64,000 nucleotides of DNA from Eledone cirrhosa (GCA_964016885.1 OZ024741.1:364684001-364748000), one strand, 5' to 3'; positions 14,546 to 26,954 are shown, counted from the stretch's first letter. Translations and numbers: made by a program. Notes: generated from the letters alone by a model not told the origin.

Positions 14546-16309
14546 TTTTATAAGTATAGTTGTGTTTGTGTGTATATATATATATATAAAATCAAGGGAA
14601 TGCAAATACTGAAAAAATCTTAAAATATATTTTAAAAAATTCACTGTACTTACTGTATGTGCCCTTACCGCGGTTTCAAATCCCAAACGAATAGATAATC
14701 CAAGCGGATTTCTATTGAGAAAGAGATTATCGTCAGAATAAATGATAAAGCAGTTTTGTCATGATACCGTGTGCAAAGGCAAAAGCAGGGTGGACAGGTC
14801 AATCCAGTACTGCTAAAAACAGCAGCCATTCAGACGACAAAAGGTTTCTCTACCATTGGGGAGAATAATAATAAAAGTATGTGTTCCTACATGTAATTAA
14901 TACACACAGGGACACAAGTGTAGTCCGACCATATGCCATTTACATACAGCACCTGTATATGTGGATTTAGATGTATGTATGTGTAGATACGTTTGCGTGT
15001 ATGTATGTATATTTATGTGCATGTGTATACATATGTATATTTATATGCATTGTATGAATATGTATATTTGCATGCTCACATTCTTTACTATTTAGCGTGT
15101 AATGTTGGGTGCGTAATTGGAGCCTTTGCTGATGTATCTGCAGTCTCCATTTGGTTTGTGAAACAGTCGGTGTAGGACTGTGTTTAGATCCAAGGTTATA
15201 TCTACGAAATCTGCAACTTTTAGATTTGCGTCTATGTAAGTATATTTATGTATATGTGTAATTGTATACATATGTATATTCTATCCATCACTTTATCCTG
15301 CCAATGCCATCAACCTTTTCACTAACCCCCGTATACACCCACCTCCATATTCATCACCTGTCTCCCACTGATCAGTTAAAATCCTATTGATATACCCATT
15401 GAACAGTTAAACTTCTATGGCTATGTCCATTACCACCCTTTATTGCCCATTTTCACAAGACATCGCTCACCCACCCCAAAGTGGGTGGGAGATCTCTCCG
15501 TCGGACGGGGCAAGTTGACAGGTCTGTTATATTTTCTAATGTCAGGGTCAGGTTTTGATCAAAAACTTCAATTCACCAGCTTTGTGGCCCCATCGATAAA
15601 TTTCCGGAACGCAGGTTTCGCAGAACTGAACTAAGATTACAACGGATTCTGTAGTGCATCTCACACACGACATGACTAACTCTTTCTCTGACATCAGAAA
15701 ATTAGAAACAGAAAGAGTTCTAAAATGTATAAAATGACAAAAAAAGAGGGTAATATATCTAAAACATGAATCATTAAAAAGGAAATAAAATTTCCATAAT
15801 CGAACGCTCATTCTCTGAAGTTTGCATCAGATTGCAATCATTCAATAATGCGGAAAATTGATTTTCAAGTTGTTTCGATTCATTTCATAAATGATATGGA
15901 CAAAACTAACGGAATGGAACACAAATATCTACCGAAAAGAGCGGAAGATAACAAAATACCGGAATTTGACCGGCAGCTTCGTTTTGGGGCAGGTTGACGT
16001 CCAAAAATCCGGTGTCTTCCATCACTTGAATACCGTTTTTCTCCACATAATCGAGAGGCGTGCATCTTGAGTACCATGAGGATGAATGAATGTTACAGCG
16101 AGTGTCGCGGGCAGTTCTCCGCGGCTTTGCTTTTGCTATCGTGTCCGTGGGGTGCACCTGAGATGAGACGTACCGCTCAACCAAGAGTTTTCTTTTTCTC
16201 TTTGCCAACTCACTTTTTTTTGTAAATTTATTTTTCACATCTCTCTTTTTATTTTCTCTATTCTTGTTTATTATTTACATTTTTAGGCGGTGGATTATTT
16301 ACATTTTTA

Positions 16310-16537
16310 GGGCGGTGGATTGACAGTATCGGTAGAGAGTCGGAGACCAGGCTTTGCAGCATAGAATTACGGTCCTTTACGGTCTGAGTTCAAATTCCGC
16401 CGTTTAACTTTGCCTTTCATCCATACGGGGTCGATAAAATAAAGTACCAGTAACATACTGGGGTCGATTTAATCGACCCCCCCCCCCCCACCAAAAAAAA
16501 AATGACTGCCCTTGTGCCTATAGTAGAAATCATTATT
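16310..16537 (+). mobile_element. SINE S1, long variant with GTCGATTTAATCGAC hairpin and poly-C; duplicated 5' junction at 16270-16319
   Basis: GGCGGTGGATTGACAGTATCGGTAG A-box-like head; ends TGCCCTTGTGCCTATAGTAGAAATCATTATT. Confidence 0.9.
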
Positions 16538-16715
16538 GTATATCTGTTCTGCTACATTCGAGAAAACGTTTAACGTTTCCCGAAGCAAACCATACAGAAA
16601 TTCTCACTTTTGGATGGGATATACCAGTATGAGGAACACACGATATTTCTTTAATTAGAAGTATTCTGAGATGGGCAAAGTGTTTTGCAGAGAGAGGTAA
16701 TAGAGTTCCTGTAAA

Positions 16716-17003
16716 GGTGCGTGGCTTAGTGGTTAGGGGTGTACGGTTCCCGATCGCAAGGTCGTGAGTTCGATTATCGGCGGAGCGTTGAACAAGAGAC
16801 TATATTTCATGTTATTATAATCCATTTAGCTACCAATTATAAATTGTAACTTTAATTCAAAAGATCAGCCTTGTCACACATAGTATCACGCTGAATCTCC
16901 CCGAGAACTACATTATGGGTTAACGTGTTTGTGGAATGTTCCGTCACCTGTACGGTAGTTTTACGAGCTTGTTGGATAACTCGTCGTCGTAGCCGACAGA
17001 GGA
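16716..17003 (+). mobile_element. SINE S2, near full length
   Basis: tRNA-like head GGTGCGTGGCTTAGTGGTTAGG...GAGTTCGATT; related pieces at 13050, 37690, 39620, 51890 and 61630. Confidence 0.75.
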
Positions 17004-17040
17004 TCAACTCATACACATGTATTAAAAACCTTAACTAAAC

Positions 17041-17895
17041 TAGGGGTCATGGACCTGCGGCTCCGGAGCCGCATGGGGCTCTTTAACCCATCTCGAATCG
17101 CTCATACGCACTCTTTGTAATTTTGTATTAAAAATAAACCCACGACTGTATTAAAAATAAACCCACGACTATGACCCGCACATTGAAGTAAATCAGATAA
17201 GATTCAAAACCAAAAGTCGCAGTTAATAAAAAAACATAAATGTTAACGAAATTCATGTTACCTAAATTCAACGCGAACCTAACATATCGAATGATTTCTT
17301 ATATCTCTACGACATCCCTTCCATTGTTATTAATATGGGTTAAGAACCAGCAGCTTCGGAGTTGCATGAAGCTCTTTAGCCTATCCTGTGTAACTCTCCC
17401 GAGCTCTGAATGTTATAAAAATGTTTAAATCTGCAATTTTGCATTAAAAATATAAAAGCAAAGACTTATAAGTTATAACATAAATATTGAAACAGTTTCA
17501 GATAAGATTCAAAGTTAAAAATCGTGTAAGAAAGAAGTTTGCTAAATCCATGCTTTCTTCTATAAATTTTTGTTTATAATAAATTGTGTCTTCGTTATTC
17601 TGAATCATTATTTTTTCTAGGTAAGGGCGGTGGATTGGTAGAATCGGTACAGCGTTGGACATCATGCTTTGCGGCTTAGAATTATAGCCCTTTGCGGTTT
17701 GAGTTCAAATTCCGCCGAGGTTTAACTTTACCTTTCATCCTTACGGGATCGATAAAATAAAGCACCAGTAATGCACTGGGGTCGGTTTAATCGACATTCC
17801 CCTTCCCTAAAATTGTTGGCCTTGTGCCTAAATCAGAAACCATTATTTTTTCTAGGTAAACATTGCTCTTTAAATTGAAAAGATTCCCCGCACTC
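17041..17895. mobile_element. Probable non-autonomous hAT-type DNA transposon relic containing an S1 SINE
   Basis: Left end TAGGGGTCATGGACCTGCGGCTCCGGAGCCGCATG resembles hAT/Charlie termini; internal direct repeats; the right end is uncertain. Confidence 0.35.
17625..17840 (+). mobile_element. SINE S1 with a 19-bp TSD
   Basis: CATTATTTTTTCTAGGTAA at 17606-17624 and 17841-17859. Confidence 0.93.
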
Positions 17896-18273
17896 GTACT
17901 TAGTTCATTCATCCATTATGTCTTAAAGTCATGTAAACGTATTTTCCTATTAATTAGAAAGCGCAAATCGGATATTATTTCACTAATATAACAGAGGATA
18001 TCCAAAAGATTAGCGTCTTACAATCGATGCAGTGATCTCTTGATATAGCGGTCGATAAGTTAATACTTATCGACCGCTAAAAGGTAGAATTTAATCATCA
18101 GAACGATGGGGAGTAAGTATTAATTCTTGTAAAATTGGGCTGACATTCAACAAATATAATATCGTAGAGAGATTTAATTCTTTCTTTGATGCAAGATGGC
18201 GAATCACTATACTTTTAAATATTTTATATTAGAAAATATCGCAAACGTTTGGAACATCTGTTATATATATATA

Positions 18274-18455
18274 TAGGAAAAGAGTCAGGAGCCGACGGCT
18301 GAGCTCCGACCGTTTCGACAGCTAGATACGAAATGGTTCGGATCTACCTGTCGAAACGGCCAGACCTAAGCCGTCGGGTCCTGACTCTTTTCCTATTATC
18401 CACTGTACTACCCTAAGTATTGAGTACCTGGTATCTTACCACACCATCTTTGTTA
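18274..18455. mobile_element. (TA)n-flanked palindromic mini-element (family P1)
   Basis: About 120-bp hairpin ATAGGAAAAGAGTCAGGA...TCCTGACTCTTTTCCTAT plus a 60-bp tail. The same structure is inverted at 55775-55980; fragments at 19310, 33797 and 58980. Confidence 0.85.
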
Positions 18456-18467
18456 TATATATATATA

Positions 18468-19039
18468 TGTTTAGCTTGACTTGTTTTTTGGCTTAGGTGG
18501 TTAATGCCTTCTTGGCCACTTTTTCATTTTGTTTAGCTTTTTAACATATATGTTTTTTTAACTATAGAGCGCTTGCCAGCATAACTCATTTTGCGTTTCG
18601 TTTCGCTTTTTCTACCCGCCGAAATGCGATTCTCGCTGAATTTATATTTGTATTAATCTCCCGAGTCTTACAATTAACCTGTTAATAATTCTATTGACAG
18701 ATTGATTGCATAATTTTATTTTAAAATTACCCGGTTGAGTGCTTTTTCGATTTGTGCTATTTATGCAATTTTTTGCATGATTTACACATACTGAATTCAT
18801 TTGCCAAAATCTGGGTTTTTTTCCCTTGTGAGTTACGCATGTGCTTTTACAAAGCTCTGCGTCATTCCCAAAATTGGCGCAGAACAAAATACCTGTTGAT
18901 AACGTGATATTCCTTGTTCGATCATTATACCAAAAACTTATAGTTTTAAGCAGACAGTATTATTGATTTAGATGTCATAGAAATCCTGCATTTGGATTTT
19001 ACCACCAATTCCAATGGGTCCAGGTCGGTTATATATGTG

Positions 19040-19077
<38 letters not shown>

Positions 19078-19290
19078 TTTATCATTTATTTTGTTTGACC
19101 TGTTTAGCTTGACTTGTTTTTTGGCTTAGGTGGTTAATGCCTCTTGACCACTTTTTCAGTTTGTATGGCGTTTTAACATATATGTTTAGCTCTGTTTTTT
19201 TAACTATAGAGCACTTGCCAGCATAACTCTGATTTTGCGTTTCGTTTCGCTTTTACTACCCGCCGAAATGCGATTCTCGCTGAATTTATA
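18468..19290. repeat. About 180-bp direct repeat pair (18468-18645, 19101-19290) bounded by (TA)n
   Basis: TGTTTAGCTTGACTTGTTTTTTGGCTTAGG...CTCGCTGAATTTATA occurs twice; the second copy runs into (TA)n. Confidence 0.85.
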
Positions 19291-19363
19291 TATATATATA
19301 TATGAAATATTCGGGATCCCGACGACTGAGCTCCTGTCGTTTCAACAGCTAGGTCGGATCTGG

Positions 19364-19933
19364 GTTTGATTCAGAGTTTATATTCGTCAAACCAACGTGG
19401 TTTTACTACCCTTGTAATTCTAAACACACAATTTACTGTGTTTATTCCTTTTTATATATATTATAAAATGCTCACTATTTTTACTTTGAGCTTAATTATT
19501 GCAGGGTATTTTTATGAGTGTATAACTCTACATTTTTTTTGAATTTCGGCTCCTGGATTTGTGAGCTAATAAGTTGGGTGAATTTAGGCTATTATTTTTA
19601 GCCGTTTTACAATCCACCCACGCCACTTGAAACGACGAACACACGATGTATTTCATTACCTCGTGTTTATTTAGTTTACCTACTCTTATAAGTATTTGTT
19701 GCTTATAACCTCATCTCACGCTGAGGACTGCCTCCGGATTATCTGTTACAAACACAACTTTTCAGGGCGAAACAGATTAATCTCTAATCTGTCCGGGAGA
19801 TAATAGTTATTGAGACGGTCAGTACATTTTAATTTATCTTGTATTTTCCGTTTGATTCAGAGTTTCTATTCGTCAAACCAACGTGGTCTTACTACTCTTG
19901 TAATTCTAAACACACAATTTACTGTGTTTATTC

Positions 19934-19938
<5 letters not shown>
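19364..19938 (+). mobile_element. Hammerhead-containing unit with about 90-bp terminal direct repeats (period 486 bp); retrozyme-like or PLE pseudo-LTR
   Basis: GTTTGATTCAGAG...GTGTTTATTCCTTT starts at 19364 and at 19850; an HHR lies between; the 3' end joins (TA)n. Confidence 0.7.
19713..19801 (+). ncRNA. Type I hammerhead ribozyme with a stable stem III
   Basis: Stem I ATCTCACG/CGGGAGAT; core CTGAGGA (19721-27); stem II GCCT/GGGC after 2 extra nt; GAAA (19769-72); stem III CAGATTA/TAATCTG; GTC triplet at 19791-93. Confidence 0.75.
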
Positions 19939-20010
<72 letters not shown>

Positions 20011-20011
<1 letters not shown>

Positions 20012-20195
20012 AGGGCGGGTAAAATTCCAGAGATCCATGGACGAGTTCTCTCCAGCGGTCTCTGTCCCTCATTATCACTGCCATGTCCTGCGTCTCCAAC
20101 AGATTAGTGTCTGTCCTTAGGGCATCAACGTATGTTAACCTTTGTCTTCCTCTTCCAGTGTGTCCATGCAGGGGCCCCCCACAGGAGCATTGAGT
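20011..20195 (-). mobile_element. RTE-clade LINE 3' fragment; a shorter copy lies at 48849-48957
   Basis: Minus strand reads HGHTGRGRQRLTYVDALRTD...MRDRDRWRELV, an RTE-like C-terminus; the 3' end abuts (TA)n. Confidence 0.65.
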
Positions 20196-20990
20196 GCAGT
20201 GTCAACTCTGGGTGTCGGTGAGCATATATGCACAGATGCACAGTATCAAATATATATCGCAACCCCGTAGTTTTAGATTTAGCCATGTGTGTTCTGCTTT
20301 AACCTAGGGTTGACCAATAATCTGTGAATTAAATTTTCGTGCGTGTGAGCGTGTGTTTGTGTGTATGTGCGTGTATATATATATAAATTTGTGTATATAC
20401 ATGTGTCTATGCTTGTGTTCATGTTTTTGTCTTGTAACGTAGTGGATCTGCAGAAAGTGATCAATAAAATAAATACTAGATTGAAAGAAGTAATGGGATC
20501 GATATGATTTATACAATCCCAAGAAAGTGCACCCAGTATGACAACATACCAGTTAAATGACTAAAGCCATTAACATATCTTTCTCTTGTTATTGTTCATT
20601 TGCGTTTTATAAGTGAAACGAAAATCCAAAATAATTTGAGTGATTAAAAAATAAGTGAAATATATATCATGTACTCAGCATGTGTACGAGCGCGCATGTC
20701 AGTGAACATGTTTGTGTCTGTAATTTTAAAAATTATTTTTATGATCACGTTCGTTCTCTACCAATGCCCACAAATGACGTTCTTTTTATTGTGTAATAAA
20801 TAACAAAGATAGAGTAATAAATAGATAGATAGATATAAAGACAGGCAGACTGACATACGAAAGGAAGCTTGCCTCTGCACTGCGCATATGCTGTTTACCT
20901 GGAATCTGAACAGGATTTATTTCATTACAGTTATCAAAGCGCATGCGCTACCCGAAGTCATGACATATTTAAATTCTTTATATATATATA

Positions 20991-21797
20991 CTAGCAGCTG
21001 AGCCCGGTTTCACCCGGGGCCACTTTTTATTAAGTTAATAATTTGAAAAATATTATTGAAAGTTTATTATAAAGAAGCAGTTTCAGGAAAAAAAATAGAA
21101 ATATGCACTTGGAGCTGGACGACGTACAATGAGAAGGTAAGGGTTTTATTTCTTTTGTTAGAAAACAGTGACCTTTTTCGATTTGGCATTTCGTAAAATT
21201 CTACTGCAGAATCGATTTCATAAAACGGTACTGTATGATCGTTATAGAAGTATTTAAATTTAATATAGATAATTGAAAAATGAAAATGAAACGTACTGTA
21301 GAAGGCAACAGTTTATTAATCTGCATTTTCAAACTTGCATATCATCGACATTGCTATTTCGCTGTTAATAAACAACGCTTTTCACGTCGCTTCACTTCTC
21401 ATTGTACGCCGTCCAGCCCCAAGTGCATATTTCTTTTTTTTTTTCCTGAAACTGCTTCTTTATAATAAACTTTCAATAATATTTTTTAAATTATTGGTAC
21501 TGTATGTTAACAGCGAGAGAACGTTGATGAGTTTAAAGATTTGTATGAAATTGTAAATAACTCATCCGAGTATTAGAACAGGGGGAAATAACTCACCGAA
21601 CGCGATAGTAAATAGACCGTTTGGGGGCCCTAGGGACCACATTTTTCAAGTTAGAGATTTGAAACCTCATCTATTTGCTTCCTTGGCACTTTTTACATAG
21701 GTGTGTAAATTTTCATGTCCGTCCGACCACGTCTACTTCCATTTAACCGTGCACATTTGAATTTCAACCACCACCCATTTCACAAATATATATTAGA
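20991..21797 (-). mobile_element. Non-autonomous Helitron with an internal ~100-bp inverted repeat (21038-21137/21394-21496)
   Basis: On the minus strand: 5' TC at 21797, 3' CTAG at 20994-20991, GC hairpin CCCGGGTGAAACCGGG about 12 nt before the end, inserted between A and T with no TSD. Confidence 0.85.
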
Positions 21798-21800
21798 TAT

Positions 21801-22007
21801 ATGTATGTATAGTATATTTGGCAATATACCGTATGTTTAATTAAACAAATTTAGAAGCCCTACGCTATCAGTTTTAAAATAGTGACTATGTCACTTCCGC
21901 CGAAAAGAAGTAAGTGACATAGTCACTACTTTAAAACTGATAGCGTAGGTCTTCTAAATGTTTTTAATTAAACATACGGTATATTGCCAAATATACTATA
22001 CATACAT
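21801..22007. repeat. Fold-back with ~96-bp arms, built from the terminus of the element at 55030-55590
   Basis: Arms 21801-21896 and 21912-22007 are near-perfect reverse complements and match 55030-55127. Confidence 0.9.
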
Positions 22008-22040
22008 TCATATATACATCGCTATTTCAGAGCACCAATC

Positions 22041-22117
<77 letters not shown>

Positions 22118-22125
22118 ATAATGAT

Positions 22126-22275
22126 GTTTTCTTTATCAACTACAAGGTTGGCATAAAGTATAACATTAAGGACAGCACAGGACAATACAGGACGGTACAA
22201 ATGGGCATTTCTGCGTGTAAAAAAAAAATTATATGTATAAAAAACGAAACAAGAAAAAATTCCCCAATAGGGGCT
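22126..22275 (-). mobile_element. Tx1-type LINE, 3'UTR-only copy between AAT tracts
   Basis: Matches the 3'UTRs at 22339-22490 and 23391-23540. Confidence 0.88.
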
Positions 22276-22282
22276 AATGATG

Positions 22283-22338
<56 letters not shown>

Positions 22339-22339
<1 letters not shown>

Positions 22340-23339
22340 TTTTCTTTATTAACCACAAGGGTTTACATAAAGTAGACATTAAGGACAGTACAGGACAATA
22401 CAGGACGGTACAAATGGGCATTTCTGCGTGTAAAAAACAAAAACAGAGGATGTAACAAAAAAATAACAATGAAAAATTCCCCAATACGGGGGGAGACTTC
22501 CGAGGGACATTCGTGGAGAAAGACCATTAAAAAGCCACAGTGACCCTGACCACCAGGGCAAGTGCCCTCTCCCAGTTTTCCACCTTTAATTTACAGACAT
22601 ATACTCAGAGTAGGCCCATTCACTCGGACCATTCTTGCCTCTCTCACCCATCTTTCAACAAAATGCTGGGAAGAGAGCACTTCCCTTTCTACCCTGATTT
22701 TCCTTTTCAAATGAAATTTGAAAAAGTTAATCAGGGCATCATCGAAGAGGTAAGTGCTCGTCTTCAGCCCTTTCAAACGTGTCCACCATACTATCTCTTT
22801 CGCCATGGCCTACAGACAGATAAAAACTGCCTGCCCTTCCCGGCTAAAAGAAGAGGGCGGGGCAATCCTGACGATGGACTCAGCTGATAGCTGGATCCGT
22901 CCTACACGCGACAGCAGGTGTTCGACATGAACCCACAAGTCAGCAATGCTCAGACACTGGACGAGTGCATGAAGGACGGTTTCGTCGCCCTGCACGCATC
23001 TCGGACGTGCCCGGCTGACGGCACCTCAATGCCTGTAGAATTTATCCCGAACTGGCAAGCTCCTCGGTAGCACTGCCAGGCCAGGTATTTCTGGAAGTTG
23101 TCCATAGGCCCCGGACCGAAAGTCTTCCGAAGAGATTGGCTAGTTGATTTACGTCGACGCCTAGAGTTTTCTCAAGTACGTCGTCGCTCTTCCCCTCCAC
23201 TAATCCTCTATAGAAAGCCAAGGCGGAGTTTCCACCGATCACATTGCCCGATTGGTCGAGGGCTGTGAGCGCCTGAAGACATTCCAGTCTCCAAGCGCTC
23301 CCTCTCGGTCTTCGCTTGACCCAGGACTGCAGCTCCGTC

Positions 23340-23340
<1 letters not shown>
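22339..23340 (-). mobile_element. 5'-truncated Tx1-type LINE (ORF2 C-terminal Zn-finger region plus 3'UTR)
   Basis: Closely similar to 23391-24390; stop codon at 22591; (AAT)n on both sides. Confidence 0.93.
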
Positions 23341-23392
<52 letters not shown>

Positions 23393-23640
23393 TTTCTTTA
23401 TTAACCACAAGGGTTTACATAAAGTAGACATTAAGGACAGTGCAGGACAATACAGGACGGTACAAATGGGCATTTCTGCGTGTAAAAAACAAAAACAGAG
23501 GATGTAACAAAAAAAAAAAATGAAAAATTCCCCAATAGGGGGGAGACTTCGGAGAGACATTTGTGGAGAAAGCCCAGTAAAAGGCCACAGTGACCCTGAC
23601 CACCAAGGCAAGTGCTCTCTCCCAGTTTTCCACTTTTAAT

Positions 23641-26600
23641 TTACAGATACGTACTCAGAGTAGGTCCATTCACTCGGGCCATTCTTGCTTCTCTCACCCA
23701 TCTTTCAACAAAATGCTGGGAAGAGAGCACTTCCCTCTCTACTCTGATTTTCCTTTTCAAATGAAATTTGAAAAAGTCAATCAGGGTATCACCGAAGAGG
23801 TAAGTGCTCGTCTTCAGCCCTTTCAAATGTGTCCACCATACTATCTCTTTCGCCATGGCCACCAGACAGATAAAAATTACCTGCCCTTCCCGGCTAAAGG
23901 AAGAGGGCGGAGCAATCCTCACGATGGACTCAGATTATAGCCGGATCCGTCCTACACGCGACAGCAGGTGTTCGACATAAACCCACAAGTCAGCAATTTT
24001 CGGACACTGGACGAGTGCGTGCAGGATGGTTTCGTCGCCCTGCGCGCATCTCGGACATTCCCGGCTGACGGCACCTCCATGCCTGTAGAGTTTATCCCGA
24101 ACTGGCAAGGCTCCTCGGTAGCACTGCCAGGCCAGAGATTTCTGGAAGTTGTCCATAGGTCCCGGCCCAAAGTTCTTCCGAAGAGATTGGCTAGTTGATT
24201 TTCGTCGACGCCTAGAGTTTCCCCAAGTACGTCGTCGCTCTTCCCCTCCACTAATCCTCTATAGAAAGCCAAGGTGGAGTTTCCACCGATCACATTGCCC
24301 GATTGGTCGAGGGCTGTGAGCGCCTGAAGACATTCCAGTCTCCAAGCGCTCCCTCTCGGTCTTCGCTTGACCCAGGACTGCAGCTCCATCAAGGAAACGA
24401 GCTGGGGAAATACGTGTCTAGCAAACGGCGACCACACCTGATCACCGTCGAGGAAGAGGTGGAGATGTCGTAGCCTGAGTGGGTGTCTTCGCATCATCAG
24501 CCACGGCATTCCCAGCCCTCTACGGAGCGGGTGTTGACAGCAGATGGACCTCCTGACCATCGGAGCGCGTCCCTTCCACAAAAAGCGAAAGAGCAAACGC
24601 TCCAACGCAGTCAGGCGGGGCTTAGGACAAGGTACGACGGTCAGGCGGTAGCAGGTGACAGACGCGATGTACGCGTTAGCCACCTCCGCTCGACCTTTCA
24701 GGGATAGCTTCCTCTCCGCCCATTTCTGGGTGAGAGAAGCCACCCTGCTCGTCACCTCGTCCCAGTTTTTGTCCGAGCTGCAGGCCCCTGACTTTTCCTA
24801 GTTGATCATTGCTCCTGTCACCGCTTCGTATTCTCTTAGTGTAGTGCCGATCGCCTCGATGTGTTTGGCGTTCGACACCACTACGGTGACATCGTCCGCA
24901 TATGCTGACACGGATCTTCCGCATCCTAGTTCGCGCGGGACGCCCCTCAACGTCTCCAGTCTGTGCAGTAATGGCTCGAGAGTCAATACGTACAAGAGGG
25001 ACGAGAGGGAACATCCTTGGCGGACCGAGCGCATGATGTTGAACGGTTCCGAAAGGTGACCGTTCACTCTCACCACAGAGCAGATATCGCTGTGCATGGC
25101 AGCGATCCAGCCTCTGAAGACGGGCCCAAAGCCAGCCGCCCTCAGGACTGCCGCTAGGTAACGATGGTCGACCCTATCGAAAGCTTTCGACTGATATAAA
25201 TTGATCAAGGACCCACCCGTGCCAGGTTCCCTAGCTACCCTCTCTACGATGTATCGCATGAGGTGGAGGTTGTCGTGGATGGATCTGTCGGGAATGGCGC
25301 ATGTCTGCGCCTCTCCCACCAGACCACCAACGACAAGCGCCAACCTCTTTGCTAGCACCTTGGCCAAAATCTTGAACTCTGTGTTTAGCAGAGTTATGGG
25401 CCTGAAATTATCTATGTTATCCCCCTTGTTCGGATCCTTTCTCAACAGTGCCACCGCTCCTCGGCTCACAGAACTGGGAATTCTCCCGTTCTGTTGCCAG
25501 TTGCAGTAGACGTCCACCAAGAGGCCTCCGAACAAGTCTGGCATCTGTACGTAAAGTTCATAGGGCAGACCATCCAAACCAGGCGATTTACCCCTTGCGC
25601 AGCCAATCATTGCCTCCCGTATTCAGCGGCTGTTATCGGCTTTTCACAACACTCCACCTCAGTGGCCGAGAGCCAAGGCAGTCCGTCGAGGTAGACACTA
25701 AAGTCCATCGCTCGACCCGGCCTACCGCTGCCCCCGAACAGCTGAGCGAAGTGTCGCTGAAAAGCTTCACACATTTGACCGGGATCGAGTAGCATGCGCC
25801 CGTCGTGGTCCACCAAAGACCAGATCGTGGCTTTGTTGCCACGACGCGCCTCCGCCACTGGGGCCCATTGAACGGCTCTCGTCCCCTCGTGTCTGAGAGC
25901 ACGCACCCTAGCTCTGACAACGCAGCCTTCGTGCTTTGCATTGAAGAATTAGTCAAGGGCCAATTTCGCCGCAAGCACGTCGGTCGCGATGCCTTTGCTA
26001 AGCGCCTCGTCTAATTTTCTAACTAGTTCTCCCTCTGCTCTATTTTTCTCTATTGCTAAAGCCTTACTAAACCTAATGGATTCTATTCTAATCGCTCTTT
26101 TCAGAGCAAACCACCACTTGTTGTTGACAATGGCCCCCGTCAACGCCCGCTTAACTAGTTCGCTAATCCGGTCTCTGTAGGGCTTGCGCGCTGGTAAGGA
26201 CGCGTTTAGCTTCCAGTAGCCGGGTCCTCGTCTATGAAGCCTATCTAAGTCAAGCACACAGATCACGAATTTGTGGTCCGTGTAGCTGACTATCTTGAAT
26301 TGTGGACAGCCTATGCTAGACCTATCTATTCCCCTACAAAATACTCTATCTAGATATGATCTGGATGACCCTATACGATTTGTCCAAGTCCACATTGGCA
26401 CATTCGGGAAATCCAATCGGTACCTGTCAGACAGTTCAAAACGCCTGAGCAGGTTGGTGAGGCTCTTGCACCCTCCACCCTATCCGCTAATCCCACACAG
26501 TCCCAGCGTGCATCTAAGATCCCGTTCCAGTCGCCCACTAATACTAAAGAGCCTGACGTTCCAAGAAAGGTCTCCAGACGCCGGAAAAAATCAGGCCGCC

Positions 26601-26952
26601 CTGCTCCTGTCGGGGCATAGACGGCCACTAGCCTGAAAGCTTGCCCGTCTCCGCTGGTCACGTCCAGCACCACCAACTTACCCTCTGGGTCCAGGAAGAT
26701 GGCCCGTATGGCGAGATCCAAACCTCTCCGAAAAAGCACAGCAACTCCTCCTCCCGATCCAGGATGGCTGGGAGATGCGTACACATCGTAGCCGCCGAAG
26801 ATCGGTGCGAAGGCCCGTGCTTCGGAGATTCTGGTCTCGCTGATGGCCACTACATCTATGTTTAGTGACCTGAGGTCGTTGAGCAGCTGACCCTGCTTCC
26901 ATGACGACCCCAAGCCACGCGCATTTATGCTGCCTCTTCTGAGTGAGGTCAT
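23641..26952 (-). pseudogene. Tx1 ORF2 (AP endonuclease, reverse transcriptase, C-terminal Zn finger), frameshifted
   Basis: GSINARGL, ISETR, VGDWN, SYLDR, YTDHK (APE); SPGLDGLP, NFRPITLLN, SKAFDRVDH, RQGCSLS, AYADDV (RT); ECPRC..ETILHALVQC. Split over several ORFs. Confidence 0.93.
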
Positions 26953-26954
26953 GT

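Noticed and set aside
22339-24390. The 1-kb direct repeat as an LTR pair
   Set aside because: The repeats are adjacent LINE 3' ends containing ORF2 sequence, with no TG..CA ends, PBS or integrase.
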